Assembly (NCBI RefSeq): GCF_001194135.2
Contig: NC_068983.1
Location: forward strand, 1,535,330 to 1,567,346
Length of the DNA stretch: 32,017 nt
Source of the DNA: Octopus bimaculoides
Lineage: Eukaryota
Direction of reading: 5' to 3'
The notes beneath the pieces were generated by a model, which saw only the letters and a list, made by a program, of their open reading frames with translations, made no database searches and was not told the DNA's origin. This document shows, one piece after another, positions 12,026 to 22,839 of the stretch. Both the position numbers and the translations under genes were made by a program. How positions within the stretch are numbered: the stretch's first letter is position 1; each line of letters starts with the position of its first letter.

Positions 12026-13054
12026 TATTTTGAACGATAATCACATCTAATTCAACTAGAAACTTCTAAGACTTGCTTCTTCCTCTTTCCAGTAGTGCTG
12101 TTGAATCGATAGTGGCACTCACATTTGTGGGTTCGCACGAAAGCACCAATTTCTCTGCTGTTAGTGCAAGACCAACCGATTAACAAATCCGTCAATAACT
12201 CAGCGAAATGAATATTTGCTGATCCATTAATTTATGGCTTCTGGAATATCAATACAATAGAAATATTTAAGGATTTTTGACAAAATCTTTTCAGATAGTT
12301 AGCATTCATGTCATGAACGGGCATCAAAACAAGCAAAATTGTATTATGCATCGCTTTGTTAAATATTCCACAACAACAAATGAAAGTTAAGTCATAAGAA
12401 ATTCTAATGTTTCATTATTTTAGTAACAAAGTGTACATCTATGCTTCTACTTTTTCGAAAGAACATGTAATGACTGTTTTCTATTAAAACGATTTTAGAA
12501 TTTTGGGATTACATATCAGTGGGTGTACTATTTTCGCAGAAGCACTGGCTTATGAGAATGATGTGTTTATATAAATACTATGAATGCAATGAGTGTTAGA
12601 GACACGATTTTGAAGGTTCGATCGCGAAATACAATGTGTGTAGAGAGTGTGTGATTATAATTCTACGCTCTTATTTAGATAAAATAATTTAAAATAAACA
12701 AATAATAAAGCAATAGATTCCATCTTCTACAGTAACTTTATATGAAATGAAGTTAATTGATAAAATGTCAGAAGAAATGTTTTAAAAGCTTCAATTTTAA
12801 ACTTATCATACACCTTAAGGACATGTATAAATAGATTGCGTTGAAAATAAATGCTATATTAAAGTTATAGCTTTAAAGCTTGCTTCAGAACATCAATGAA
12901 ACATAAAGTAATAGAGAGACTCAGTGGTGTGAGTAGAGTCGAACTTACTGGGAAATTCATTTGAGTTCGGGCATCAAGCTTCGTCTTGCAGCCTAATTCA
13001 ACTGATCACACAAAGGATAATGTGTTAGTTGTTGTTTTAATATTTTAAAACATT

Positions 13055-13272
13055 AGGTTGACGAGCTGGCAGAATCGTTAGCACGCCGGACGAAATGCTT
13101 AGCGGTATTTCGTCTGTATTTATGCTCTGAGTTCAAATTCCGCCAAGGTCGACTTTGCCTTTCATCTTTTCAGGGTCGATGAATTAAGTACCAGTTCCGT
13201 ACTGGGTTCAATCTAATCGACTAGCCCCCACTTCCACAAAATGTCGTGCCTTGTGCGTAGAGTAGAAAAGAA
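13055..13272 (+). mobile_element. tRNA-derived SINE, family 1 (best-preserved copy)
   Basis: A-box-like GAGCTGGCAGAATCGTTAGC and B-box-like GAGTTCAAATTCC. Central GTCGACTTTGCCTTTCATCTTTTCAGGGTCGATGAATTAAGTACCAG resembles, from recollection, a conserved MetaSINE-type core. Several homologues in the window. Confidence 0.88.
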
Positions 13273-13294
13273 TAGCACTACACCATATGTTCAC

Positions 13295-13557
13295 GGCATA
13301 TGGCATAGTGGTTAAGAGCGCGGACTACTAACCCCAAGATTCCGAGTTCGATTCTAGGCAGTGACCTGAATAATAATAATAATAATAATGACAACAACAT
13401 CGAAAAATACTTTAGGAATGAGAACCCAGGTTCGAAATTTCCCCAAGACACCTGATGAAGGCTGGAGTGTATAACAGCCGAACCGTTGTTAACAACAAAG
13501 AAGATGAGGACAAATATCCGTCAAATGTAAATAATTCACATAATTCCTCATCTCTTA
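13295..13557 (+). mobile_element. Composite non-autonomous retroelement: tRNA-like head + (AAT)n + hammerhead-like motif + 3' hairpin
   Basis: A box TGGCATAGTGG 13301-13311; anticodon-like loop CTACTAA 13325-13331; B box GAGTTCGATTC 13344-13354; (AAT)n 13369-13389; HHR-like 13448-13489; hairpin AGATGAGGA/TCCTCATCT 13502-13553. Confidence 0.8.
13448..13489 (+). ncRNA. Type I hammerhead-ribozyme-like motif (minimal, variant core)
   Basis: ACAC-CTGATGA(13452-58)-A-GGCTG-[GAGTGTATAA]-CAGCC-GAAC-CG-TT-GT. Perfect 5-bp stem II. GAAC replaces GAAA, and stem I is only 2 bp in this copy. Confidence 0.6.
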
Positions 13558-14163
13558 TTTTTTTAATATATATAATTAAACATATGTTTCTCTGTGTGAA
13601 TGGTTGTTAATATTGAGAGGGAATAAAACCACACAACACAAAATTATACTAGTATTTATTGAAGAACAAGAATGGAATAGCATACGTCGAAAAGTGGGTG
13701 AAACTGGTGGAATCTATTTGCAATACAGATATAATTTTGCTCTTTGGTCTGACCAGTAGCCTGCAATATGATAAAATCGAAAGGACTATTTAGTGTACGA
13801 AAAGTTGAATGCTTTACTCAAACGGACAAATGTAATATCTATATAATATAGACTTCTTTTATGAAACTCTTTAAGTAAGTCATATGAAGCATCATAATTG
13901 ATAACAAAATAGCATAAATTCTACACGATTAAGGGATCTTGCGTTGCTAACAGCAAGTAGATTCCTTGAAATTATTCATAGAAAAACTGGCTGTGCATGA
14001 AGGAAAGAAACTTCCTCAGTTAAATGATAGTGTTTAAAAGAACAACCAAAAGTAAGAGCAACTAATGTGTATATCCTATAAAAAGAATTCGAGGAAATGA
14101 TAAATTTGTGATTCGGTTGGTTGAGTTAACCAACATTACAAACGAGATTCCAATAGGGGCGGT

Positions 14164-14300
14164 GGTGAAGCTGGTCGGAGGGCAGCATCATTAACACGTC
14201 GGACAAGATGTTTAGCAGCATTTTGTCCGTTTTTATGTCCGGAGTGCAAAGGCCGCCGAGATTTATTTTTGCCTTTCAGGGGCCATAAAACAAGTATGAG
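14164..14300 (+). mobile_element. tRNA-derived SINE, family 1, diverged copy
   Basis: TTAACACGTCGGACAAGATGTTTAGCAGCATTTTGTCCG..CCGCCGAGATT..TTTGCCTTTCAGGGGCCATAAAACAAGTA aligns to 13075-13190. Explains ORF 14136..14318. Confidence 0.75.
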
Positions 14301-14989
14301 TGGAGTAACCTTTTGCAAGTAATAATCACTCCTGTAGTATAAAGTTGTTTTCTACAAAGTGAACCTTTTCTTTTCAATTATATGGAGATGAAATGGAATA
14401 ACTTTGTAAGTGTACTTATTGACGGTGAAGCAGCACGAACGGGAAAACGCATGATTTGTAAGTAAAGCATCAACTATTAATTTCGTGATTAATAGAGAGA
14501 CATTTAATACTGAAGCAACCTCTTCACTGTGAAATATTAGATACAGTTGGTAGTATCAACATCATTAAAAGGAAAAAAAATGAACGAGTACTGGTAAGTC
14601 TATGCAAGGATATGGCACTAGATTTCAGAGAACATTTAATGCAGAGTGAAGTGTACTCACCGTGAGAGCTATGAGGTGGAGCTTGTAATCTATGAGAACG
14701 TAACTCCTATCTGGCAGACTTCTTTTGTAATGACACTTGGTTTTATAAGGTCTTTTATTTGTGAAACATATTTCAGGAGTGTAATGAACATATATTTCTG
14801 AAAGAATTTGCTAGATCATCCAGTTTGGTGTTTCACAGTACTCGTCCCAACTCGCTGTTCTTTTTTCAAATCTGGCCCAGATCATCTTCACCTTTGATCC
14901 TTTCTGGAATGACAAAATCGTATAGATTGAGGGCGGTAGTTTGGTGTAATTGAGAGAATATCAGATAGAATGCCTACCCAGCATGTCTT

Positions 14990-15125
14990 GCAGTATTTTT
15001 CCCCATTCTGTAGATTTCAGCAACTTTGGTTCCTTTAAAGCTGCCCACTCTTTTGCAAGCCTTTGATTTAAGTCTTCGATTTTTGGATGTCTACCGTGTA
15101 CTTCCATCCCACAAGATTCACCGCA
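14990..15125 (-). pseudogene. Possible Tc1/mariner transposase C-terminal fragment
   Basis: HPKIEDLNQRLAKEWAAL resembles the C-terminal HxxLExLKxxLxxEWxxI helix of Tc1/maT transposases. Single short motif only. Confidence 0.25.
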
Positions 15126-15635
15126 TTTAAAAGCTCTTAATTTAATTTGTAAATATCCTTTCATATACAACTTTCCTCACGCTGTCATAACTCCCGGTAT
15201 TATACGATTTGTGTGTCCTTCAAATTTCATTAAACTGTTTACAATCTGCTTCCAACAGATAACATTCTTCTTAACTGGGACTGCTTTTGGGTGGAGCTCA
15301 CATTCATCGGCAGACGCACAAATACACACACATACATGACAAACATATTCATATAGCAATAAACTTACAATATCCTAACTCACAATCTGTAGGTTTGTAA
15401 GTAAGCAACTAAAATCTTCAAAGCCACCATAAATCACATCCTCGATGATATCTTCTTCTGCTAACCTCACAACCACAACAATACAAATGTTGTTTATCAA
15501 TTTCAGAGTCACCCTGCGTTTTATATCTCTACTAAGTTGGCACCTGTTGCTCGTACCTGGCTGGGCTTGCACTAAACGCACTTCACTCTAGAAAGCCTTC
15601 ATGCATTTCAACTCTCATCACGCATCTGAATCTCT

Positions 15636-15640
15636 CGCTC

Positions 15641-15686
<46 letters not shown>
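15636..15686. repeat. (CT)n microsatellite
   Basis: Seen directly. Confidence 0.95.
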
Positions 15687-15691
<5 letters not shown>

Positions 15692-17048
15692 TTCTCTACC
15701 TATCACTAAATCCACTCAAATCAATATGACTAATCCTCTTTTCTGAGAAGATTTGCACACTGGAATTCCCCCACCCCTGCCTATAGTTAACTTGCATTTC
15801 CTTTCGTCCAAGAAATATATCAACCCTAACCCTAACCCCATTCTCGGAGCCTCTCCGATGAACAACGGCAAAGCTCTCCCCCCGTCTCAATGTATTACTC
15901 ACAAAAATATTATCGCTAAATGTCCATAGAAAGAAGAAGCATTGAAAAGACGACTTCATTCCAAAATTTAAAATTTGAAAAATATGCATTTCGAAATAGA
16001 CATGAACGGAGGAGAGAAAATGTATTATTGTAATAATCATGAATAAGGTCTTGTTTGATTCCTGGAATGTGAAATTTAATCTTGACATATAATTGACTAA
16101 CAATGTTTCAGTGAATTCGGGACGGATGACAACATATACATATATACTTTTCAAGTGTATATAATTATACATATGGCTATACAAATACGTGTGTACGCAG
16201 ACACACTCACACACAAAAACGCACGTACACTTGCACACAAACACACATATACACAAAGAAAAGGAGGAGGAGAGAGTGAGAAGGGGAGAGTAAAAGAAAC
16301 AAGAGATTTGTAGAGAGACACGCAAGAAAGCATACATACCATTATGAAATGGAAACGTATATTCATACATTTCAAACAATTTGAGAACTTATATCCGACA
16401 TTAATTTCCCTTTGTAGCTAATTACACGTCCAGTATTCAAATATTCATTCACGCAAGATAACTGGTGAAAATTTGAAGCATTTTGATATTGATGTGAGAT
16501 CTAGACTGAAAGAAATGAACCATAGCGGCAGCAGCAGACAGTTTGCAGCTTGCACTAATGAAGAAGCGAGACAATGTATAAATTAAATGAAATATTGGCA
16601 CGAAGGCTGATGCTGTAACTGCAATAGCAGTAGCTGAAATATTTCATTGTTTCTGTACGTAGGTTGCTTCATGACATCTACATCTATTCACTCAACTGGT
16701 GGGTGAAGATATCAGATTTCAGAGTTCATAATATATTGCAGATGTTGTTTATCGTTATTTTACCTCATGATACGTGGTGGCGGGGGGTATTAATATTGCG
16801 TAACTGTTTTTGGACAAGATTCACTGAAGAATTATATTTTGCTCACGGTTTCTGTTGCAAAATAACACTAAACGTTTTCTCCTATCACACCATTTTGTTG
16901 TAATCTATGGAGAGACAATGATTAGTGTAGCCCGCAATAAGCAACGACTAAAAAGGAGAATATAACCGCGTTTTGAATGTACTGGATCATGGATTTGCTG
17001 AACCAACGAGAAGATGGATTACAAGGAAAGATTACCTCAGAAGATTCA

Positions 17049-17120
<72 letters not shown>

Positions 17121-17461
17121 ATATATATATATATATATATANNNNNNNNNNNNNNNNNNNNNNNNNNNNNNNNNNNNNNNNNNNNNNNNNNNNNNNNNNN
17201 NNNNNNNNNNNNNNNNNNNNNNNNNNNNNNNNNNNNNNNNNNNNNNNNNNNNNNNNNNNNNNNNNNNNNNNNNNNNNNNNNNNNNNNNNNNNNNNNNNNN
17301 NNNNNNNNNNNNNNNNNNNNNNNNNNNNNNNNNNNNNNNNNNNNNNNNNNNNNNNNNNNNNNNNNNNNNNNNNNNNNNNNNNNNNNNNNNNNNNNNNNNN
17401 NNNNNNNNNNNNNNNNNNNNNNNNNNNNNNNNNNNNNNNATATATATATATATATATATAA
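17049..17461. other. (CTAT)n-(AT)n, assembly gap (N 17142-17439), (TA)n
   Basis: Seen directly. Confidence 0.97.
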
Positions 17462-17529
17462 TATTTAAACCCCACCACACACACATTTATGTATACACTT
17501 ATATGTATGTTTGTACGTATATATGTACG

Positions 17530-17720
17530 TATGTGTGTGTGTCTGTGTATCCTTGTATTCGTGTTTGTCCTCCACCATTGCTTGGCAACTGATGTTTGTT
17601 TGTTTATGTCCCCATAACCTAGCCGTTCCTCAAGGGTCCATTATAAAAGTTTCAAGACTGAAAGTTAAGTAATGAAATCTTTTTGCTCGACTAAACTCTT
17701 CAAAGTGGTGTCACAATTTA
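17530..17720 (+). mobile_element. SINE family 2, 3' portion
   Basis: CCTCCACCATTGCTTGGCAACTGATG..ATGTCCCCATAACCTAGCCGTT..GCTCGACTAAACTCTTCAAAGTGGTG aligns with the reverse complement of 31800-31990. Confidence 0.7.
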
Positions 17721-17863
17721 AAGAATCATGCGGTTGCTACATAGAGCTCTTCTTATAGATTCGGCTATGAGTCCACGCAGTAATTAATTAGAAAGCAATG
17801 CGAAATAAAGCGTCCAAGTAATTGAAAATCCACAAAAACCGAACGATTAAATTATTCTGTGTA

Positions 17864-17866
<3 letters not shown>

Positions 17867-17894
<28 letters not shown>
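17867..17894. repeat. Poly(A) tract (~28 nt)
   Basis: Seen directly. Confidence 0.9.
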
Positions 17895-17897
<3 letters not shown>

Positions 17898-19134
17898 AAG
17901 AAAAACAGAAATTCTGGAGATGAAAGTTCAATATAGAAATACCTATCTGTGTGACCTCAATAGGATTACAGCAGTTTCGAAAAGATCTTGATGTAGTATT
18001 AATTTCAATATACAAGAAATTACGCGCATTTGCATTAGTATGTATGCTCAGCATCATAGAATACAAGCGTACATTCACTGATCAATGTGACTAAAGAAAG
18101 CTAGCGCATGAGATCAGCAGAAAATTATGGTTACACCAACAGTTGAAAATTGTACATAAACAGAACGTTCACTCATTATACACAATTAATGGAAAGATGA
18201 AATTGAACAAAATAACATTGATTCGGTCAGTATTGCCTGTGCAGAGATGTTTCTAGGTTGTATATATAATCTGATTTAATCCAGATTTATACCTTTATGA
18301 AAAGAATGTTGAGACGTGTTTTAAGTGAGTGTGAGATTCTTGAACTTTCAAATTCTTTCCATGGATGCTTTGTGAACTTTGTTGAATTCCTATAGAAGAT
18401 TATTGTCGGAGAACACATTTTTTTTCTACTAGATTGACATTTTTGTCTTGAGGCAGTCATCCATGAATTATGTAGAATATTTAAATCACCTGCTGTTTTC
18501 TACCCTCCGCCACCAACCAGTATAATTACTTCGGTAAAAATATTTGTATTTGTTTATATTTTTATATTATTTTTTAAAAAAATAGTTTGTTATTTTTTAT
18601 TATTTTTCTTTATCTCTTAGTATTTCTTTTGGTTTGGCTTAAATTCAGACGGGTGAATCTCTTAATTTCTGACCAACACTTTATCTTATTGATATGAGAG
18701 TATTACAAAATGAACAAAATGTCTTCTATAGTAATAAAGTCACGGAACATATTTACTCACATGTTTGCCTTTTACTCTCTAAACCAATGTAATTTTGTGC
18801 AATTCCAGTTTCCCGTAAAAGAAGTGTATTTTGTGCGCACCTTTAGAGTTAAACTGGCAATATAACTATGATGTTCCGGTGATCTGATGAGCGAGCCTTA
18901 TTTGCATGAATTTATGAATACGCAATTGTATTGTATTATAGTGAGCAGACATATTAATGTAAACATGTACGCATAATTCTTTGTTTACTGAAATTAATAC
19001 ATGAGAATATTTGCAAAAAAATATCTTTTTAAGTAAATTCCATGATGCTGGTTAAATATTAAATAAATCTATATTCATCTGTCATACACTCTGAATTTAT
19101 GCTCATATACATATACATACAAATGTATATAAAA

Positions 19135-19605
19135 GTATAGGCCCTTAGGTATAATCGCAAGTAAACCTCACCTGGAATTTTACCTAAGTGCCTATACCTT
19201 GACGGAAGTATGGACCAACCTCTATATCTTCTAGAAAAATAAAAATTACCTTTACATTTTATTCTTGTATTTTATTCCTTATAAACTGTGAATTTCCTTG
19301 TGTGGAACTTTCCTACATGCTCACCTTGTCTCTGATGACGGAATACCCAGTGTACAGACATGCTAGCCGATCACTTGGGATATCACAAAAACAGCTGTAC
19401 GACTTCAAATTCACCTAACCCTAATTAAATTATTATAAACGACTTGAGATGCTCGTCCTGCCTTGGTTTCTGTTGTCCTTTTCCTTTAGTATATACCTGC
19501 TATCACGGAAGCCTAATAGGGAACCCTAGCTCCAGCCTCATCTGTGAAATTGGAACCTAACGAATGACCAGTTATAGCACCTACTCAGCGTACCTATTCG
19601 TTTAG
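19135..19605 (+). mobile_element. Structured non-coding element with hammerhead-like motif (Penelope-like terminal repeat or retrozyme candidate)
   Basis: 16/17-bp hairpin 19135-19197; HHR-like 19328-19403; CCTAACCCTAA 19414-19424; hairpin CTAACGAAT/ATTCGTTTAG 19557-19605. Boundaries approximate. Confidence 0.5.
19328..19403 (+). ncRNA. Type I hammerhead-ribozyme-like motif with long stem II and palindromic stem III (degenerate)
   Basis: GTCT-CTGATGA(19332-38); stem II ATACCCAGTG/CACTTGGGATAT; AAAA in place of GAAA; ACAGCTGT palindrome 19391-98; A, then CGAC pairing GTC of stem I. Confidence 0.55.
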
Positions 19606-19634
19606 ATCACTAGTGAATAAAACCTCTCATATTC

Positions 19635-19700
19635 TATATATATATATATATATATATATCTATACATATATATACGTACACACACACACACACACACACA
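19635..19700. repeat. (TA)n-(CA)n microsatellite
   Basis: Seen directly. Confidence 0.93.
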
Positions 19701-19751
19701 TATTTTAGGGATGGAATCCATTAATGGATTTGTGAACTACAATAAACGCAC

Positions 19752-20900
19752 GCGAATGGCTACATGATTTTCTAAAAGATAGACGTCAGGTAGTGGTGGT
19801 TAATGGGACCACCTCCAAGGAAACACAAACATTGAGTGATGTTGCAGAGGGCACTGTCCTGGGGTTACTGCTATTCATAATGGCCCTCTCTGACATACCC
19901 TCAGCTGTCCAAGAAACCACCCTCGCTAGCTATGCAGACGGTACTAAATTCTCTCAGAGAATACAGGATGCTAGCGATATTGTGAATCTATTACGATAAT
20001 TGGACGCAATATACAGGTGGGCTGAGGAAAACAACATGCAGTTCAATGGTGAAAATATCCAAGCCCTACAGTACTAACATATGAAATTGAATGAAAAGCA
20101 AATAGATTACACTCACCCAGGAGGGACCACAAATCCTGAATTAAAACGAGCGCATGACCTGGGTATCGACATGAATAAGGATGCATCTTTCCAGGTGCAT
20201 ATTGCACATTACCAAGTTGACAATGAAATGCAGACGTTTCGTTGGATGGATCCTTCGAGGTTTCAAACCAAGCGATAATGAAACCATGATGGGCATCTGA
20301 AGGACTGTTGTTCTCATCTCCTAACTGTGGTCCCCAAACAGTGTAAAATTAACGACGGAAGTCAAGGTGATCCAACGAAGCTACACCAAGAAGGTCGACA
20401 CAATGCGACATATCACTTACTGGGAAAGACTAAAAGAGGCACGATTCTAATCCCTGGAGCAAAGGCGAGAAACATATGCAATAATATACATCAGGGAAAT
20501 TCTAGAAACAACTTATACCAAACTTTGGCATTGTCATTTACAGAAACAACAAGACGGGACGTCACTGCATAGTACCATAAATCCCAAAATTGCCAACAGG
20601 ATACAGAACCAAATACTGCAACAGATTGGATTTCAGAGTCCTACAGCTTTTCAATATCCTCTCTGATAGCCTGAGAGACCTGCATGGCGTGGATGTAGAT
20701 ATTTTCAAAACAAAACTAGACCTCCTTCTGTCAAGAGTTCTGGATGAACCTATCCCAAGGCAACAAACATGAGAGCAGCAACGACAAACTCCCTGAGCCA
20801 CCAAATGTCGCACATCAGAGGAGGTTCATTGAAAGTGAAACAAAAGAAGCGGCGGTCCCCAATATGGCTGCAGACATCGGACGGAACTTCAAGCAAAAAA
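19752..20900 (+). mobile_element. 5'-truncated non-LTR retrotransposon (CR1/L2-type LINE): RT C-terminus and 3' tail
   Basis: REWLHDFLKDRRQVVVVNG..SDVAEGTVLGLLLFIMALSD..SYADGTKF (YADD->YADG)..LDAIYRWAEENNMQFN; HDLGIDMNKDASFQVHI; YWERLKE..SLEQRRE; LQLFNILSDSLRDLHGVDVDIFKTKLDLLLSRVLDEP. Stops and frameshifts present. Exact clade not resolvable by eye. Confidence 0.9.
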
Positions 20901-20933
20901 TATTTATATACATATACACACAGAACCGCCCAA

Positions 20934-20934
<1 letters not shown>

Positions 20935-20992
<58 letters not shown>
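20935..20992. repeat. (CA)n microsatellite
   Basis: Seen directly. Confidence 0.95.
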
Positions 20993-20995
<3 letters not shown>

Positions 20996-21090
20996 TTATA
21001 TAGATATATGAGCGAGTGAGTGGAGAAAGGAAAGAAAAAGTACTCAACACATTTCGTAGGAGTTGCATATATTATTAGTATTTAAGACAC

Positions 21091-21192
21091 TAAGTTCAAC
21101 AGCTTCTTGCAGAAACGTAGCTGCTTCGAGTTGAGTCTACGGAATGTTGTAATGAACACGTCGCAGGTTTCTGTAAGAAGCTTCTGAGACTT
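21091..21192. repeat. Imperfect inverted repeat (hairpin)
   Basis: AGCTTCTTGCAGAAAC 21101-21116 matches the reverse complement of GTTTCTGTAAGAAGCT 21167-21182 at 15/16; weaker pairing extends outward and inward. Confidence 0.8.
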
Positions 21193-21254
21193 TAAGTCGC
21201 ATGAAGCGAAAGAAAGATTGCTTTAAATGATAATGATAATACATATGTGTGTAC

Positions 21255-21557
21255 ATATATATATATATATANNNNNNNNNNNNNNNNNNNNNNNNNNNNN
21301 NNNNNNNNNNNNNNNNNNNNNNNNNNNNNNNNNNNNNNNNNNNNNNNNNNNNNNNNNNNNNNNNNNNNNNNNNNNNNNNNNNNNNNNNNNNNNNNNNNNN
21401 NNNNNNNNNNNNNNNNNNNNNNNNNNNNNNNNNNNNNNNNNNNNNNNNNNNNNNNNNNNNNNNNNNNNNNNNNNNNNNNNNNNNNNNNNNNNNNNNNNNN
21501 NNNNNNNNNNNNNNNNNNNNNNNNNNNNNNNNNNNNNNNNNNNNNNNNNNNNNNNNN

Positions 21558-21596
<39 letters not shown>
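21255..21596. other. (TA)n, assembly gap (N 21272-21557), (TG)n
   Basis: Seen directly. Confidence 0.97.
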
Positions 21597-21598
<2 letters not shown>

Positions 21599-22839
21599 GT
21601 AGGCATGCATGCATGGATGCATGTATGTATATATTTATGTATAAATTTATGCGCGTGTGTGTATGATAATTAAAGGGATTCTGCTTTGAATGCCTTTAAC
21701 GTCTGAGCATAGATTGCGCCATGATATCCTGCCAATGAACAGAACTGACTTTATGTAACACTTTCTTCAATGATAACACAACTTACATGTTGATCTTATT
21801 AAGTGTAGAAAATATAATTCACAAAGCTGGGCGTAGATGCTCATGTGGTTGAACATATTTGGATAAAATAGAGAATAGTTTAAAGAAATTATCCAGAATA
21901 CAGGATATTATTTAATGTAAGTGTAATGAAGGAAAATATAAAAATGTATTTATTGAGTCGTGTAATTATTTAATGTGCGCTTGGCCTTATATTGATATGA
22001 GATTACAGAACAAGCTAGAGTTGATCAAAGTTCAGAATAGAGTTAATAAAATATGTTTGGGTAAATAGAATCATTCATGAAGGACACATTAAAGCTGACT
22101 GAAAATTAATGTAGCAAGATTTTGAACGACAGGGAGATTGAGGCATGTTAAAGTTTACGGCCGATTGGCCTCGGGAGACATCCAGATGGTTTTACTGAAA
22201 GAATATTTATAGAAGATGCATATTAGCTGATGTCAATGTTAATTTCATGGTAATGCCAACAGATTAGTGTATAGATACAGTTTCAGAAACAATTTTCTCT
22301 GCTTTCTGTGAGACTGCAATATTCTGATTTGTCTTGATATGTTTGCAAATGCCATGCCTCATTGGTGAATGATTTGCTTGCAGAAAGTAATTCAATGACC
22401 TTCACCTCTAAAGGAATGCACAGTATGACGAACTGACGCTTGCAACATATATTAATATAAACATTTTTTTTTTTATATCTTATTTACTGTTTTTAGATAT
22501 TTACCGTAGGAGATTTGTCACTGATAATTGAGAAATATTCTGCAACTGTTACTCCAATATATTTTGCAATTCCAAGTCTGAAAGAAAACAAATAAAAAGG
22601 ATGTCAAACGGAAAATCAGTGGAAGGGAAACCAAAATCAGTAACCCAGTTAGACTGGAATGAGAATAACTTTTGTTAAGGTATTAGTATAAAATTAGATA
22701 TGTTGACGACGCTTGGCGGTTTCCCGTACGACGTATATCAATGAGGGAGAACTCGCGTCGGAGCTGCAGTTTAGGTGGCAGCATGCTTTCTTTGATTCGG
22801 ATGTTTCTCAAGGCTTTCAATTTTGTATCGAATGTGTAT

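Noticed and set aside
13295-13366. Functional tRNA-Ser(ACT) gene
   Set aside because: The acceptor and anticodon stems pair poorly and the variable arm is short, unlike tRNA-Ser. It continues into a repeat body, so it is treated as a SINE head.
14590-14602. Strong splice donor CTG|GTAAGT
   Set aside because: No upstream acceptor with an open, coding-like exon could be identified.
15822-15838. (CCCTAA)n interstitial telomeric repeat
   Set aside because: Fewer than three full units; too short to support an interstitial telomere or healing event.
15696-16379. Longest ORF (227 aa, minus strand)
   Set aside because: It runs through CA/GA-rich low-complexity DNA (CVCV, F/I-rich), has no recognisable domain, and fits a chance stop-free frame.
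18884-18930. CTGATGA followed by GCG...CGC (hammerhead candidate)
   Set aside because: No GAAA after the stem and no stem I or III. The other CTGATGA/CTGAAGA hits (near 1901-, 2343, 6870-, 23924, 26944) also lack hammerhead topology or lie within RT coding sequence.
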